Shown: positions 21,301 through 30,714 of the stretch, in pieces
How positions within the stretch are numbered: position 1 is the first letter of the stretch
Layout of the letters: every line of letters starts with the position of its first letter
Made by a program: the position numbers and the translations under genes
DNA from: Vulcanimicrobiota bacterium
GTDB taxonomy: Bacteria > Vulcanimicrobiota > Vulcanimicrobiia > Vulcanimicrobiales > Vulcanimicrobiaceae
Length of the DNA: 64,000 bases
Direction: 5' to 3'
NCBI GenBank assembly: GCA_963812155.1
Contig: CAWETW010000001.1
Span: forward strand, 64,001-128,000
The notes under the pieces: model-generated
What the model was told of the DNA's origin: nothing
The model's database searches: none
The model's input: only the letters and a program-made list of their open reading frames with translations

Positions 21301-21787
21301 CCCGGTCTGCGATGCGCTGCTGCGCCTGGATACCTTTCCGCTCGACGCGCTGCGGCGGCAGCTCGAAGTGATGACCGCGCGCTACCGAATCGGCGATGGA
21401 ACGGGCGGCACGTTCGTCGGCGCCGCGAACAACTGCTCGCAGGACTCCAATCGCGCGCTCTTCGCAGCGCTTTCCTCGGCGAAGTTTTCGCAATCCGATG
21501 CGCTGCGCGCGCTGGCGAAAGACTTGCGAAAGAAGCTGCAGCTGTTCGGCACGTCACGGCGCGACTGGAGTCCTAACGTCTACAATCTCGGCACCACGAT
21601 GGAAGACGCGCCGCTGCGCAATCTCGTTTCCGCGATTGGGAGCTGGCGATGCATCTTTCCACGCGTCGCGTTCAACGCGATCGTCGGAACGTTTCTGCGC
21701 CACGGCGCCACGCTGACCGTGCTCGGAACCGATCAAATCGGCGGTCCGCGCGACGACGTTGCGCCGGTTGCGCCGTCGTCGTTTTAA
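18356..21787 (+). CDS. Large fusion protein: multi-TM N-terminus, alpha/beta-hydrolase-like domain, C-terminal domain of unknown function
   Basis: About 7-8 TM segments in the first ~310 aa; YLDGIAQ and GYSGGG; later GHFAYG and NNCSQDSN. Single 1143-aa ORF. Confidence 0.75.
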   Translation: MVQVQIFLPELWSLLGGVLALQGHVYREALSFEGAIPAAIAIVLAAGLSEAFGQSIVLFANRVKPARFIFSLFVDALLFAFGYVFLVLSTWLVCRLPGAPHLSLRDFALVLAMSYAPVLFAFLSALPYLGSAVINGLRVWHLLAMVVGVAAAGGIDVFASATYVWLGWLVMMLVQRSFGKPIVALGSKVLDAVAGVRVIDDAQVIVGRAESGTANVSDAPNVEVAQKARAHPRGWMALAGIAGMALLGVIVALALEPVRRGIFGWQEHLPKLVQLPFDLLWIGVIAIIVAAFMAPLETLGWWAGWYGDEIDTSDETRPEAAAPRTGVARYVLYLDGIAQSSGSYTSDIETFLDALSPELPANVILVRGVMAYSVLNRPLEDDPILSRFWKLVDAQRSRSLNSLLGWFINIRNVTIVAVSADPRYGPMYNFGMADVIYRSLLAQGYRKGSGTPVTLVGYSGGGQMACGSASFLKRALDAPVDVISLGGVISGTDPILQLEHLYHLVGDRDKVEKIGPVMFSSRWPIAVLSYWNRAKRLGSLTRVSLGPVGHQVPGGMLDPAATLPDGRTNLRQTLDYIGSIVRDRFVPKDEPPRLPTNYARYIEATGALWAFLASSASDPGERERASGRYAAAAPWMGRLILPARKERFGGALFEVGGTPPERADLLGKTVRLRWNDETDVRNRVRTAIRDVNFSAEAASAGIYGGLVMPTRLNRWRLVDPLESLAGAHPMDDVVVKLDGDVRVVDAGNTVELRVDREPVQITGRFRALLTFLGRAPEKDCYRVLHFDRATRTFAGDEDVVEMPAIADDLDGRPNSIAEGIERWPLNAGGWYATGAFRDGRFVVQSLAPRDLLRADAARTPLDSAKTAAKYVRRDAWRDIVAARGGIAAAQMVPWKTGDTGLVVHSYGGIGGPNREKAASGPIYFGHFAYGMAEVVDDPLGDEPRFEITYHQVYTQNGDGLVAGALDWSRYMGDRQYGWSGVRPVCDALLRLDTFPLDALRRQLEVMTARYRIGDGTGGTFVGAANNCSQDSNRALFAALSSAKFSQSDALRALAKDLRKKLQLFGTSRRDWSPNVYNLGTTMEDAPLRNLVSAIGSWRCIFPRVAFNAIVGTFLRHGATLTVLGTDQIGGPRDDVAPVAPSSF

Positions 21788-22791
21788 TCGAAGGAGAAGG
21801 GAAGATCCGGATCGGCCGTGAGGGCCAGCGGATCGGCGCGCGTTGCGTCGAGTTGGTGAAAGGCGGCCGCGGCAATCATCGCGGCGTTGTCGGTGCAGTA
21901 CTTCGCCGGCGGAATAAAGGCGTCGACGCCGTGGCGTGCGCTCCACTCCGTAACGGCGCGCGCGAGGCCGGAGTTGGCCGCCACGCCGCCGGAAAGCACG
22001 ACGGCCCGATAGGGCGCGCCTTCGTAGGCCATCCCCAATCGAGCCATCAGAACGTCGACGACGGCGGCCTGAAACGACGCCGCGACGTCCTCCGGCGGTG
22101 CGTCGCGGCCGGCGGGAGATTCGAGGAAGTACCGGACCGACGTTTTCAGCCCCGAAAACGAGAGATCGAGCGTGCCGGGTGCCGGCTTGTGGCGCGGAAA
22201 GGCGTAGGCCCGCGGATTGCCGGCGAGTGCCATGCGGTCGAGTTCGGCGCCTCCGGGGTAGGGAAGCCCGAGCAGCCGCGCCGTCTTGTCGAAGGCTTCG
22301 CCCGCCGCGTCGTCGCGGGTGCGTCCGACGATCCGCAGTGCCGTCGCCGACTCCACGGCGACCAGTTGGGAGTGTCCGCCCGAAACGAGCAACGCGAGAA
22401 AGGGATAGGGCGGAGCCTCCGGACGGTCGAGAAACGGCGCGAACAGGTGCCCGTGAAGGTGGTTGATGCCGTAGAGTGGCTTGTTGAGGGCGAAAGCCAG
22501 CGCCTTGGCGGCCGCGACGCCTACGACGAGACTGCCGATCAGCCCCGGCCCGCGCGTGACCGCGATGCCGTCCACGGATTCGAGGCTCGCGCCGGCTCGA
22601 GCGAGCGCATCCTCGACGGCGGCCGAAAGCAGGGCGACGTGGCGGCGCGACGCGATCTCGGGGACGATGCCGCCGTAGCGTGCGTGAAACGCATCCTGAT
22701 TGGTCGAAACCGACGAGAGGACGTCGCGGCCGTCACGCACGACCGCGGCGGCCGTGTCGTCACACGAGGTCTCGACTCCCAGCAACATCAT
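21784..22791 (-). CDS. tsaD: tRNA N6-adenosine threonylcarbamoyltransferase
   Basis: LGVETSCDDT, GGIVPEIASRRH, NHLHGH, DDAAGEAFDK and CTDNAAMI motifs. Confidence 0.97.
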   Translation of the reverse strand: MMLLGVETSCDDTAAAVVRDGRDVLSSVSTNQDAFHARYGGIVPEIASRRHVALLSAAVEDALARAGASLESVDGIAVTRGPGLIGSLVVGVAAAKALAFALNKPLYGINHLHGHLFAPFLDRPEAPPYPFLALLVSGGHSQLVAVESATALRIVGRTRDDAAGEAFDKTARLLGLPYPGGAELDRMALAGNPRAYAFPRHKPAPGTLDLSFSGLKTSVRYFLESPAGRDAPPEDVAASFQAAVVDVLMARLGMAYEGAPYRAVVLSGGVAANSGLARAVTEWSARHGVDAFIPPAKYCTDNAAMIAAAAFHQLDATRADPLALTADPDLPFSFD

Positions 22792-22853
22792 AGGGTCGGG
22801 CCTTCGCTTCCGGCGCGCCAGGAACCGCGTCGAGGCCGCGAAAAGCGTTGCGC

Positions 22854-23498
22854 ATGCACGATGTCAACGAAACGATGCGCCTGCCGTCACCGGCGCCACG
22901 GCCCCAGTCGATCGCGTTCGACGGTGAAAAACTTTGGATGGGGTCGATTGAAACGAGCCGTATTTATGCGATCGACCCGCATCACTGGACGGTCAGCGAA
23001 GAAGAGCGCGCCCCCGGCAAACCGTGGGGCATGACCGTCGTCGGTGACGAGTTGCGCGTCATTTGCGGCGAAGGCGATGACGATTCGCGGGTGATTCGGC
23101 GCTTCGTGCCGGGCCACGGTTTCAAAGGAGCCGATGCGATCGGCTGTCCCGACGATACCGGATCGCAACTCAGTTACGACGGCGTGCGCCTCTACGTAAG
23201 CCAGTGGTATAACAAGCGCATTCTCGGCATCGACGAGCACGGCGCGGTCGTGCGCACCATCGACGTTCCCCGCGGGATTTGCGGGCAGTGCTATTCCGAA
23301 GGCGCCTTCTACATCCTCAATACCGACGACGAAGACTCGAACGAGTATTTCCTCACGCGCGTCGGCGTCAACGGCGGGCAACCGCACTGCGAAGACTTGG
23401 CCCGCGTGCCGTTCGCGGCGCGCGCGCTGGCGAGCGACGGCACGCGCTTTTGGACGAATCACCGCGAGCACAACGAAATCGTCGCCTTCACGGTGTAA
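22854..23498 (+). CDS. Small cytoplasmic beta-propeller protein (glutaminyl cyclase/YncE-like)
   Basis: Repeated blades (IAFDGEKLW, LSYDGVRLY, LASDGTRFW); no signal peptide. Confidence 0.6.
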   Translation: MHDVNETMRLPSPAPRPQSIAFDGEKLWMGSIETSRIYAIDPHHWTVSEEERAPGKPWGMTVVGDELRVICGEGDDDSRVIRRFVPGHGFKGADAIGCPDDTGSQLSYDGVRLYVSQWYNKRILGIDEHGAVVRTIDVPRGICGQCYSEGAFYILNTDDEDSNEYFLTRVGVNGGQPHCEDLARVPFAARALASDGTRFWTNHREHNEIVAFTV

Positions 23499-23505
23499 GC
23501 GCGTC

Positions 23506-24531
23506 ATGCCGCTGCGGCAAGCGGTGGCCGTTCTTGCAACGGTTGCCGTACTGGGAACCGGGCCGAGCGACCTCGAGGCCACGTTGCGCTCGACGGCCGC
23601 AACGTACTACGCGCACGCCGGGCAGGTCGCCATCGTCACCGGCCGCGACACGACGATGGACTACTATCAACGCCTGCTCGACGATGCCGACGCGGTCACG
23701 CAAGTGCCGCCCGAAGGCTATGCGCCCGACGTCTGGCACGGTGCGCTGAACGCGACGGCGCAACTCGACATCAGTCTGGCGCAGCAACTCCTGCAACGCT
23801 CGTATCGTCCGATGGCGTCGATTCGCGGCCTGGGCGAAACGCTGATTCGCTCGTCCAAAGACGGTACGATGCAGCCCGTGGCGGTATACGTGCCGGCGAC
23901 CTACGTACCGGGACGCAAAGCGCCGCTGCTCGTTTTCCTTCACGGCCACCCGCAGTCGGAGACGTCGCTGATCGCGCCACCGTACCTCGACGATCTCGCC
24001 GAACGCAGCGGAACGATCGTCGTAGCGCCGTACGGGCGAGGCTACTACGATTTCCAAGGCTCGCAGAGCGACGTCTACGATGCGCTGGCCGCCGCGGAGC
24101 AAGCCTTTACCATCGATCCGCGCAAACGTTATCTCGCCGGCTACTCGATGGGCGGGTTTTCGGTGTTCCTCGTCGCTCCGATGAAGCCGAATGCGTGGTC
24201 GGCGGTCATGTCGATTGCAGGTGCGCTGCTCGGTTCCCGGGCGCGCGAGGTCACGTCGATGCTGCCGAACACGCCGTTCTACATTCTCACTGGAGTTCGC
24301 GACGAAAGCATCCCCACGCAGTATCCCGCCGCCACCGCCGTCTTCCTACGCAACTCCGGGGTTCCGGTGACGTTCTACTCCGATCCCAACGCGACCCACC
24401 GTCTCTACACGCTGCGCACGATTCTCGCGCAGGCGTGGAGCGACATGGAGAACGGCGTCGTGCGCACGCCGTGGACGTTGAGCGTCACGACACCGCTGAT
24501 CGGGGCGCCGCCGCAGGGATTAAAAATCTAA
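23506..24531 (+). CDS. Secreted esterase / PHB-depolymerase-like alpha/beta hydrolase
   Basis: PLLVFLHG, IDPRKRYLAGYSMGG. Confidence 0.8.
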   Translation: MPLRQAVAVLATVAVLGTGPSDLEATLRSTAATYYAHAGQVAIVTGRDTTMDYYQRLLDDADAVTQVPPEGYAPDVWHGALNATAQLDISLAQQLLQRSYRPMASIRGLGETLIRSSKDGTMQPVAVYVPATYVPGRKAPLLVFLHGHPQSETSLIAPPYLDDLAERSGTIVVAPYGRGYYDFQGSQSDVYDALAAAEQAFTIDPRKRYLAGYSMGGFSVFLVAPMKPNAWSAVMSIAGALLGSRAREVTSMLPNTPFYILTGVRDESIPTQYPAATAVFLRNSGVPVTFYSDPNATHRLYTLRTILAQAWSDMENGVVRTPWTLSVTTPLIGAPPQGLKI

Positions 24532-24534
24532 GGG

Positions 24535-25164
24535 TCAGAGGTTGGGCGCGCCCGGTTTGACGAGCGTCGGATATTTCGCGCGCAGATGTTGCAGTTTGGG
24601 GACGTCGTTCGCCGCGATGTACGGATTGTTGGGATTATGCACGGCGAAATCTTGATGGTACGCCTCGGCAGCGTAAAAGCCGTGCAGCGGGGCGACGACC
24701 GTGACGATCGGCGAGGAAAAGACGCGATCGTGCTCGAGCTTTGCGATCGCGGCCAGCGCTTCGCTGCGTTGTTCGCCGGTCGTGTAGAAAATCTCGGAAC
24801 GGTACTGCGTGCCGTCGTCGGGCCCTTGACGGTTCAACTCGGTCGGGTCGTGCGCGACGCGAAAATAGACGTCGAGCAGTTGCTTGAACGAGACCACCGA
24901 CGGATCGTACGTAATGTCGACCGATTCGGCGTGTCCGGTCGTGCCGGTGCTCACGATCTCGTAGTGCGCCGTTGCGGCGTTGCCGCCGGCATACCCGGCG
25001 ACCGCGGAGCGTACGCCTTTGACGGACTGGAAGACGAGTTGCATGCCCCAAAAGCAGCCGCCCGCTAAAACGACGCGCTCGGATTGGGCCGCCGCGGCCG
25101 GAGACGCGGTCGCCGGAGCGGCGACGGCGAGCAGCGCGATGAGGAGCGCGAAAAAACGTGTCAT
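24535..25164 (-). CDS. msrA: Exported peptide methionine sulfoxide reductase A
   Basis: GGCFWG, GHAE, QYRSEIF and AEAYHQD motifs; signal peptide. Confidence 0.95.
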   Translation of the reverse strand: MTRFFALLIALLAVAAPATASPAAAAQSERVVLAGGCFWGMQLVFQSVKGVRSAVAGYAGGNAATAHYEIVSTGTTGHAESVDITYDPSVVSFKQLLDVYFRVAHDPTELNRQGPDDGTQYRSEIFYTTGEQRSEALAAIAKLEHDRVFSSPIVTVVAPLHGFYAAEAYHQDFAVHNPNNPYIAANDVPKLQHLRAKYPTLVKPGAPNL

Positions 25165-25201
25165 AAACCGTATAACGCTTTGCGGCGTAAAATGGATGAC
25201 C

Positions 25202-27250
25202 TCAGATTTTCAGGTGCTCGTCGAGCCACCCAAGCCAGAAGCGCGTCAGGTCGGCGGTTTGCACCGGGTTCTCCGGTCCGTGCGTCGAGGCCGGGAAGAC
25301 GAGGAATCGCACCGGCACGTGATTGTCGGTAAGCGCGTGAAAAAGCGCGTACGACAGCGGAATCGGCACGGTCGAATCCAGCGTCGTACCCCAAATGAGG
25401 GTCGGCGTCGTGATGTCCTTGTAATACGTGATCGGCGATTGCTCGGCGTAAATCTGCGCGCCGTTGCCGACGTAGGGCGACGCGAGCAAATAGTACCGGT
25501 TCTGCACGTTGGAGATCGAGAGATTGTACTCTTCGGTCTCGTCGTTCACGGCAGCCCCCGAAACTGCGGCCCGCCAGGTGTGATAATGACCGATCAGCCA
25601 CGTCGTCAGCAGTCCGCCGTACGACCATCCGGAAACGGCGACCCGCTGGGCGTCGACGTAGGGCTGCTTTTCGAGCTCTGCAAGCCCCGCCATGATGTCG
25701 TTGGCCGGTCCTTGCGCGGTGTCGCCGACAATGGCAACCATGTAGGCGTTGCCGAGGTTGTCGCTGCCGCGGTAGTTCGGCTGGAAGACGATGTATCCGT
25801 GCGACGCAATCGTTTGTGCGAGCGGCCACTGTTCCCAGACGAAATCGAGCGCGTTCGAGAGGCCCGGGCCGCCGTGAATGAGCAGCACGACCGGGAACTT
25901 CGCGTCCGGATGCGCGGCCCGCACCGCGTCGAAATGCGGCGGATACGTGACGACGCCGTCTTCGGCAAAGCCGTTCGGACCGTTCCAGTCGAGCGTCGTC
26001 ATGCGTCCGACGGATATGCCGCCGATGAAGTCGTTGAAGTGTGTGAGCCGGCGCGGGGCGGTCGAGCCGGAATCGAGATAGTAGAGTTCGCGCGCGTGCC
26101 GGGCGTCGGTTGCCACAAATGCGATGTCGCCGCGCGCGTCGATCGACCCGGCAATACCTGCATCGAACGTGCTGCTCGAATACGGATCGCACACGACGTT
26201 CAGGTCGCCGAGTTGGAGTTGCGTCAGGCGCCCGGACGTCACCTCGAGACTCCATGCGTTCACGCGCGTCCGATCGCTCGCACAGAGCAGCAGCCGCTTT
26301 CCGTCGGGGAACCACAGCGATGCGGCAACGTTGCGGTCGAGGGAAGGTGCGAGCAGGTCGTCGCGCGTGCCATTGAATGCGTGCACGGCGTTTTCGGCAA
26401 GGTAGTTGCCGTCGCGAGGATACCAGTAGATGAGGTCGTCTGCGCTGCGGCCGTAGGCAGGACTCAGTTCGAAACGATCGTGCCCGGTGACGAGCTTCAC
26501 CGGCGTTCCGCCGTTGGACGAGACTTGCCAAAGCGTCGAGTTTTCGTCGTTTCCGCCAAACGTATCGGCGACCCGCGTGAACGTGATGTGCCTGCCGTCG
26601 GGCGTCCACGCGATTTGCGGAGAGAAGATGCCTCCGGGGTCGGTCGGCGCAATCGTCCACGAGCCCTCGGTGAGACGGCGCTCGCGCCCGTCGCTCAGAT
26701 TGACCACCCACAAGTGATCGGGCGGCGTCAGCGCCGTGGCCGTGTAGTCGTTGTTGCCCGCGAAAAAATAGTCGTGATGGTGCGCGAGCGCCTCGCGATT
26801 GGCAGGCAGATCGGCGGCGACGAAGGCAAGCCGGCGACCGTCCAGGCTCCAGGCGGCATCGATGACGTCGGCGGGTACGTGCGTCAGTTGCCGCGTCGTG
26901 CCGCGTGCGTCGCGGAGGTAGGCTTGCATGACGCCGTTGGACGCTCGCGCAAGGTAGGCTAAGAGCCGCCCGTCCGGCGACCAGCGCGGGACGGCCACGT
27001 CGCGTCCGCGCACGAGGACTCGCAGGCGCCCGGTCGAGACGTCGAGGAGTTCGAGCGAATCGACTTCCGTCGCCGCGGCCATGTTTTGCCGGACGGCAAT
27101 CAGCGCGACCGATCGGCCGTCGGGCGTTATCGCTGGTTCCTCGAGATTGACGATGCGACCCATATCGGCAATTTGCAGCGTTCGCGCCGGCGAATGCACC
27201 GGTGTGAACGCGACGAGCGCCGGTAGCAGAACGGCCGGAAGGATGCGCAT
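25202..27250 (-). CDS. Secreted S9-family peptidase
   Basis: Beta-propeller (WSPDG), IHGGP, GWSYGG nucleophile. Confidence 0.92.
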   Translation of the reverse strand: MRILPAVLLPALVAFTPVHSPARTLQIADMGRIVNLEEPAITPDGRSVALIAVRQNMAAATEVDSLELLDVSTGRLRVLVRGRDVAVPRWSPDGRLLAYLARASNGVMQAYLRDARGTTRQLTHVPADVIDAAWSLDGRRLAFVAADLPANREALAHHHDYFFAGNNDYTATALTPPDHLWVVNLSDGRERRLTEGSWTIAPTDPGGIFSPQIAWTPDGRHITFTRVADTFGGNDENSTLWQVSSNGGTPVKLVTGHDRFELSPAYGRSADDLIYWYPRDGNYLAENAVHAFNGTRDDLLAPSLDRNVAASLWFPDGKRLLLCASDRTRVNAWSLEVTSGRLTQLQLGDLNVVCDPYSSSTFDAGIAGSIDARGDIAFVATDARHARELYYLDSGSTAPRRLTHFNDFIGGISVGRMTTLDWNGPNGFAEDGVVTYPPHFDAVRAAHPDAKFPVVLLIHGGPGLSNALDFVWEQWPLAQTIASHGYIVFQPNYRGSDNLGNAYMVAIVGDTAQGPANDIMAGLAELEKQPYVDAQRVAVSGWSYGGLLTTWLIGHYHTWRAAVSGAAVNDETEEYNLSISNVQNRYYLLASPYVGNGAQIYAEQSPITYYKDITTPTLIWGTTLDSTVPIPLSYALFHALTDNHVPVRFLVFPASTHGPENPVQTADLTRFWLGWLDEHLKI

Positions 27251-27256
27251 GCACCG

Positions 27257-28624
27257 TTGAGTTCGAATGGACTCGACGTGCCCCTTCGCGCCTCACCCTC
27301 GCGACTGGTTACCGTTGCGACCGTCGCGTACGCCGCGGTCTTTTTCGCGCTTGGAGCGGATCGCTATCTCACCTATCACGCGGGCGCGGATCTCGGGCTC
27401 TTCACACAGAGCATCGCAAGCGCGTTCCACGGCTTCGACAATACCGTGGAGCGCACGTCGCATTTCGCATATCACTTTTCGCCGATTTTGTATCTGCTCG
27501 CGCCGCCGCTGTGGCTCGCGCCGTCGCCGCTCGTGCTCGTTTTCGTCCAAGCGCTCGCCACGGCGCTGGTCGCGCCTGCAATCTACGCGATCGCGCGCCG
27601 CCGCACGGACGATTGGGGCGCTGCGGCCATCGCGTGCATTGCGCTGCTGTATCCACCGCTGCAAGGCGTCACGTTCACGGATTTTCACGAAACCGCGTTC
27701 TTGCCCGCGACGATCGCGTGGCTGCTGTGGGCGCTCGACGCGCGGCGGTTCGGCATCGCCGCAATCCTCGTGCTCGTCGCGCTCGCGACGAAAGAAGATC
27801 AAGCGCCCGCGATGGCATTTCTCGGCGCGGTTGCGTTTGTATATTTCGGCCGCTCGCGTGCGACGCGCGGCGTGCTGTTCGGGGCTGCCGCCGTCGTCGT
27901 CTCGGGGCTGACCATGTGGGGTTACTTCTTCGTGGTGCGGCCGCTCGCCGGCGCACCCGAACACTGGGTGCCGAGTCACTTTTACGCCTGGCACGGTTAT
28001 CCGGTGCGTTCCATCGGCGTCGAGCTCGCCGGTCGCCTAACGTATCTGCTCGAGGCCTTTTTGCCGTTGGCATTCCTTCCGCTGCGGACGCCGGTCGTGC
28101 TGTTGGCGCTTCCGGGATTGGTCGAGGTGCTGGCATCGCGCGAGCCGCTGACCTATACCATGGGACAGCATTACGCGGCGGCGTGGGTGCCCTACGTGCT
28201 GGTCGCGTTCGCCGTGGCCGGTGCCCGCGTGTGGTCGGCGGGCACCCTTGCGGCGCGCCGGTGGATCGGCGCGGCCGCGATCCTCTGCGCGCTGACGCTC
28301 GCGTTCTTCAGCCCGCTGCACCTGGGGCATTTTTTGGGCATGCCGAGCCGAGCCGATGCCGCGGTAGCCGCCTTGGCGCATGAGATCCCGCCGAACTCGA
28401 GCGTCGGCACGTACGACGAGATTTATGCGCACCTGGGCTTTCGTCCGCGCGCGCAAATCGGATTGCGAGGCATGCCCGAGTACGTGCTGTACGACCGCCG
28501 CTATGTGTCGGCGGCGTGGAACGCGCGTATGCTTCCCGCCATCCGGGCCGGACTCGCCGGCGGGACGTATCGCATCGCCGACGTGCGCGATGGAGTCTTT
28601 CTGCTCGAGCGCGCGAAACCGTGA
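27257..28624 (+). CDS. DUF2079-family membrane protein
   Basis: ADLGLFTQ, HFSPIL, DFHE and KED motifs; many TM segments. Confidence 0.75.
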   Translation: MSSNGLDVPLRASPSRLVTVATVAYAAVFFALGADRYLTYHAGADLGLFTQSIASAFHGFDNTVERTSHFAYHFSPILYLLAPPLWLAPSPLVLVFVQALATALVAPAIYAIARRRTDDWGAAAIACIALLYPPLQGVTFTDFHETAFLPATIAWLLWALDARRFGIAAILVLVALATKEDQAPAMAFLGAVAFVYFGRSRATRGVLFGAAAVVVSGLTMWGYFFVVRPLAGAPEHWVPSHFYAWHGYPVRSIGVELAGRLTYLLEAFLPLAFLPLRTPVVLLALPGLVEVLASREPLTYTMGQHYAAAWVPYVLVAFAVAGARVWSAGTLAARRWIGAAAILCALTLAFFSPLHLGHFLGMPSRADAAVAALAHEIPPNSSVGTYDEIYAHLGFRPRAQIGLRGMPEYVLYDRRYVSAAWNARMLPAIRAGLAGGTYRIADVRDGVFLLERAKP

Positions 28625-28648
28625 CCCGACGACGATAGGAGTCTACCG

Positions 28649-30691
28649 ATGCACTTTTTACTCGGCTTGCTCTTCACGCTGCGCCAAGCGTTGAGTTTCC
28701 CGTTACCGGCCGCGTTGGCCGCAAGCCCCGACGGTTCGGCGGTTGCCTACGTGCTCGACGAAAGCGGCATTCGAAGCGTGTGGTTCGCGCGCGCGCCCGA
28801 CTTCGTTCCCCGGCGGCTCTGGGCGTCGGCATCCGACGACGGGCAGGAGCTGACTAACCTGCACGTTTCGAAAGGCGGCGCGTACGTCGTATACGTTCGC
28901 GGCGGCGCACACGACGCGAACTGGACGACGCGTCCGTGGCCGGATCCCGATTCGGGAACCAAGGACCCGGCGATGACGGTCGTGGCGATTGCAACGCAAG
29001 GCGGGGCGGCGCCGGTCGTGCTGGGCGAAGGCGACGCGCCGGCGATTTCACCCGACGGCGCGCGCGTCGCGTTCGTTCACGATCCGGACGACGCGATCTG
29101 GTCGTCGCCGGTCGACGGCAGCAAGCCTGCAGCGCAACTGTTTTTCGATCGCGGGAAAGACGGCGATCTGCAGTGGTCCCCCGATGGGGCGGCGCTGGCA
29201 TTCACGTCGGACCGCGACGATCATTCGTTCGTCGGCATCTATCGCAACGACGCGACGCCGATTCAATACCTGGCACCGTCGACGTCGCATGACTCGTCGC
29301 CGCAATGGTCGCCGCAGAGCGACCGCGTCGCGTTCGTCCGTTCGCCGGGAGATGGCGGCCCGCCGCAAGATCCGCTCCTGCAATATCCGCAACCGTGGCA
29401 GATCGTCGTCGCCGACGCGGCTACCGGTGCCGGGCGCACGGTTTGGCAAAGCGGCAACGGACTACGCGACTCGCTTCCCGGCATCAACGGGCCGCAACTG
29501 CGCTGGATCGCCGGCGAACGCCTTGCGTTTATTTCGGAACGATCGAACTGGCCGAATCTGTATTCGGTCGCGGCAAGCGGCGGGAATGCGAGCGTGCTCG
29601 CGGGCGGTCCGTTCATGATTGAAGACACGACGATTTCGCCCGATTTGCAAACGCTGTACTATACGGCCGATACCGGCAACCGTGCGGGCGACGACGCCCG
29701 GCGGCACATCTTTCGCGTCTCCGCGAGTGGCGGAACGCCGTCGCAAGTGACCGAGGGCGAGAACAGCGAGTGGTGGCCGGCAGCGACCGGCGGCGGCGTC
29801 GCCTACGTGCAGGCCGGCGCCAAACGTCCGATGACGATCGCGGTCGACGGCCACACGATCGATGCCGATCAAATTCCCGCCGACTTTCCGAGCGATGCCC
29901 TCGTAACGCCGCGCGAGGTCACGTTCCGTGCGTCGGACGGACTGCTGATCCACGGTCAGCTCTTCGACGCGCCCGGCGGCCCCGCGAAGAAACCGGCGGT
30001 CATCTTCGTGCATGGCGGCCCCGAACGGCAGATGCTGCTCACCTGGCACTATATGGATTACTACTCGTACGCGTATGCCACCAACCAGTATCTAGCCAGC
30101 CGCGGGTTCGTGGTGCTTTCGGTGAACTACCGGCTGGGAATCGGGTACGGTCACGACTTCCAGAATCCCGACGCGGCCGGACCAGCCGGCGCGAGCGAGT
30201 ACCGCGACGTGCTTGCCGGCGCAGCGTTTCTCGGCTCGAATCCGCGTGTGGACGCGCAGCGCATCGGCATCTGGGGCGGCTCGTACGGCGGCTATCTCAC
30301 GGCAATGGCGCTGGCGAAAAACTCGAACGTCTTCAAAGCCGGCGTAGACTTTCACGGCGTGCACGATTGGTCGATGTTTCCCGAATGGTTCGAAGGTCAA
30401 GTGAAGCGCTACCAAACGATCGATCAAAAGAAGTTCTTGAAAATCGCGTGGTACTCGTCACCGGACGCGTACGTCTCGACGTGGCGATCGCCCGTGCTGC
30501 TCATTCAGGGTGACGACGACCGCAACGTCCCGTTTCATCAAATGGTCGATCTCGTGGAGCGCCTGAAGCCGGCGCACGTCCCGTTCGAGCAGATCGTCAT
30601 CCCGAACGATATCCATGGCTTCTTACGCTGGCAGTCGTGGCTCGAAGCCGATCAGGCGACGGCGGAATTCTTCGAGCGCCATCTGCACTAG
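28649..30691 (+). CDS. S9-family peptidase
   Basis: SPDG repeats, VHGGP, GGSYGG, QGDDDRNV, DIHGF. Confidence 0.92.
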   Translation: MHFLLGLLFTLRQALSFPLPAALAASPDGSAVAYVLDESGIRSVWFARAPDFVPRRLWASASDDGQELTNLHVSKGGAYVVYVRGGAHDANWTTRPWPDPDSGTKDPAMTVVAIATQGGAAPVVLGEGDAPAISPDGARVAFVHDPDDAIWSSPVDGSKPAAQLFFDRGKDGDLQWSPDGAALAFTSDRDDHSFVGIYRNDATPIQYLAPSTSHDSSPQWSPQSDRVAFVRSPGDGGPPQDPLLQYPQPWQIVVADAATGAGRTVWQSGNGLRDSLPGINGPQLRWIAGERLAFISERSNWPNLYSVAASGGNASVLAGGPFMIEDTTISPDLQTLYYTADTGNRAGDDARRHIFRVSASGGTPSQVTEGENSEWWPAATGGGVAYVQAGAKRPMTIAVDGHTIDADQIPADFPSDALVTPREVTFRASDGLLIHGQLFDAPGGPAKKPAVIFVHGGPERQMLLTWHYMDYYSYAYATNQYLASRGFVVLSVNYRLGIGYGHDFQNPDAAGPAGASEYRDVLAGAAFLGSNPRVDAQRIGIWGGSYGGYLTAMALAKNSNVFKAGVDFHGVHDWSMFPEWFEGQVKRYQTIDQKKFLKIAWYSSPDAYVSTWRSPVLLIQGDDDRNVPFHQMVDLVERLKPAHVPFEQIVIPNDIHGFLRWQSWLEADQATAEFFERHLH

Positions 30692-30714
30692 TGACACGAC
30701 ACTAGCGGCCTCGA

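Noticed and set aside
18356..21787. Calling the large protein a CAAX protease or phage-defence Abi protein
   Set aside because: No CPBP EExxxR/FxxxH motifs are visible and the neighbourhood is not a defence island
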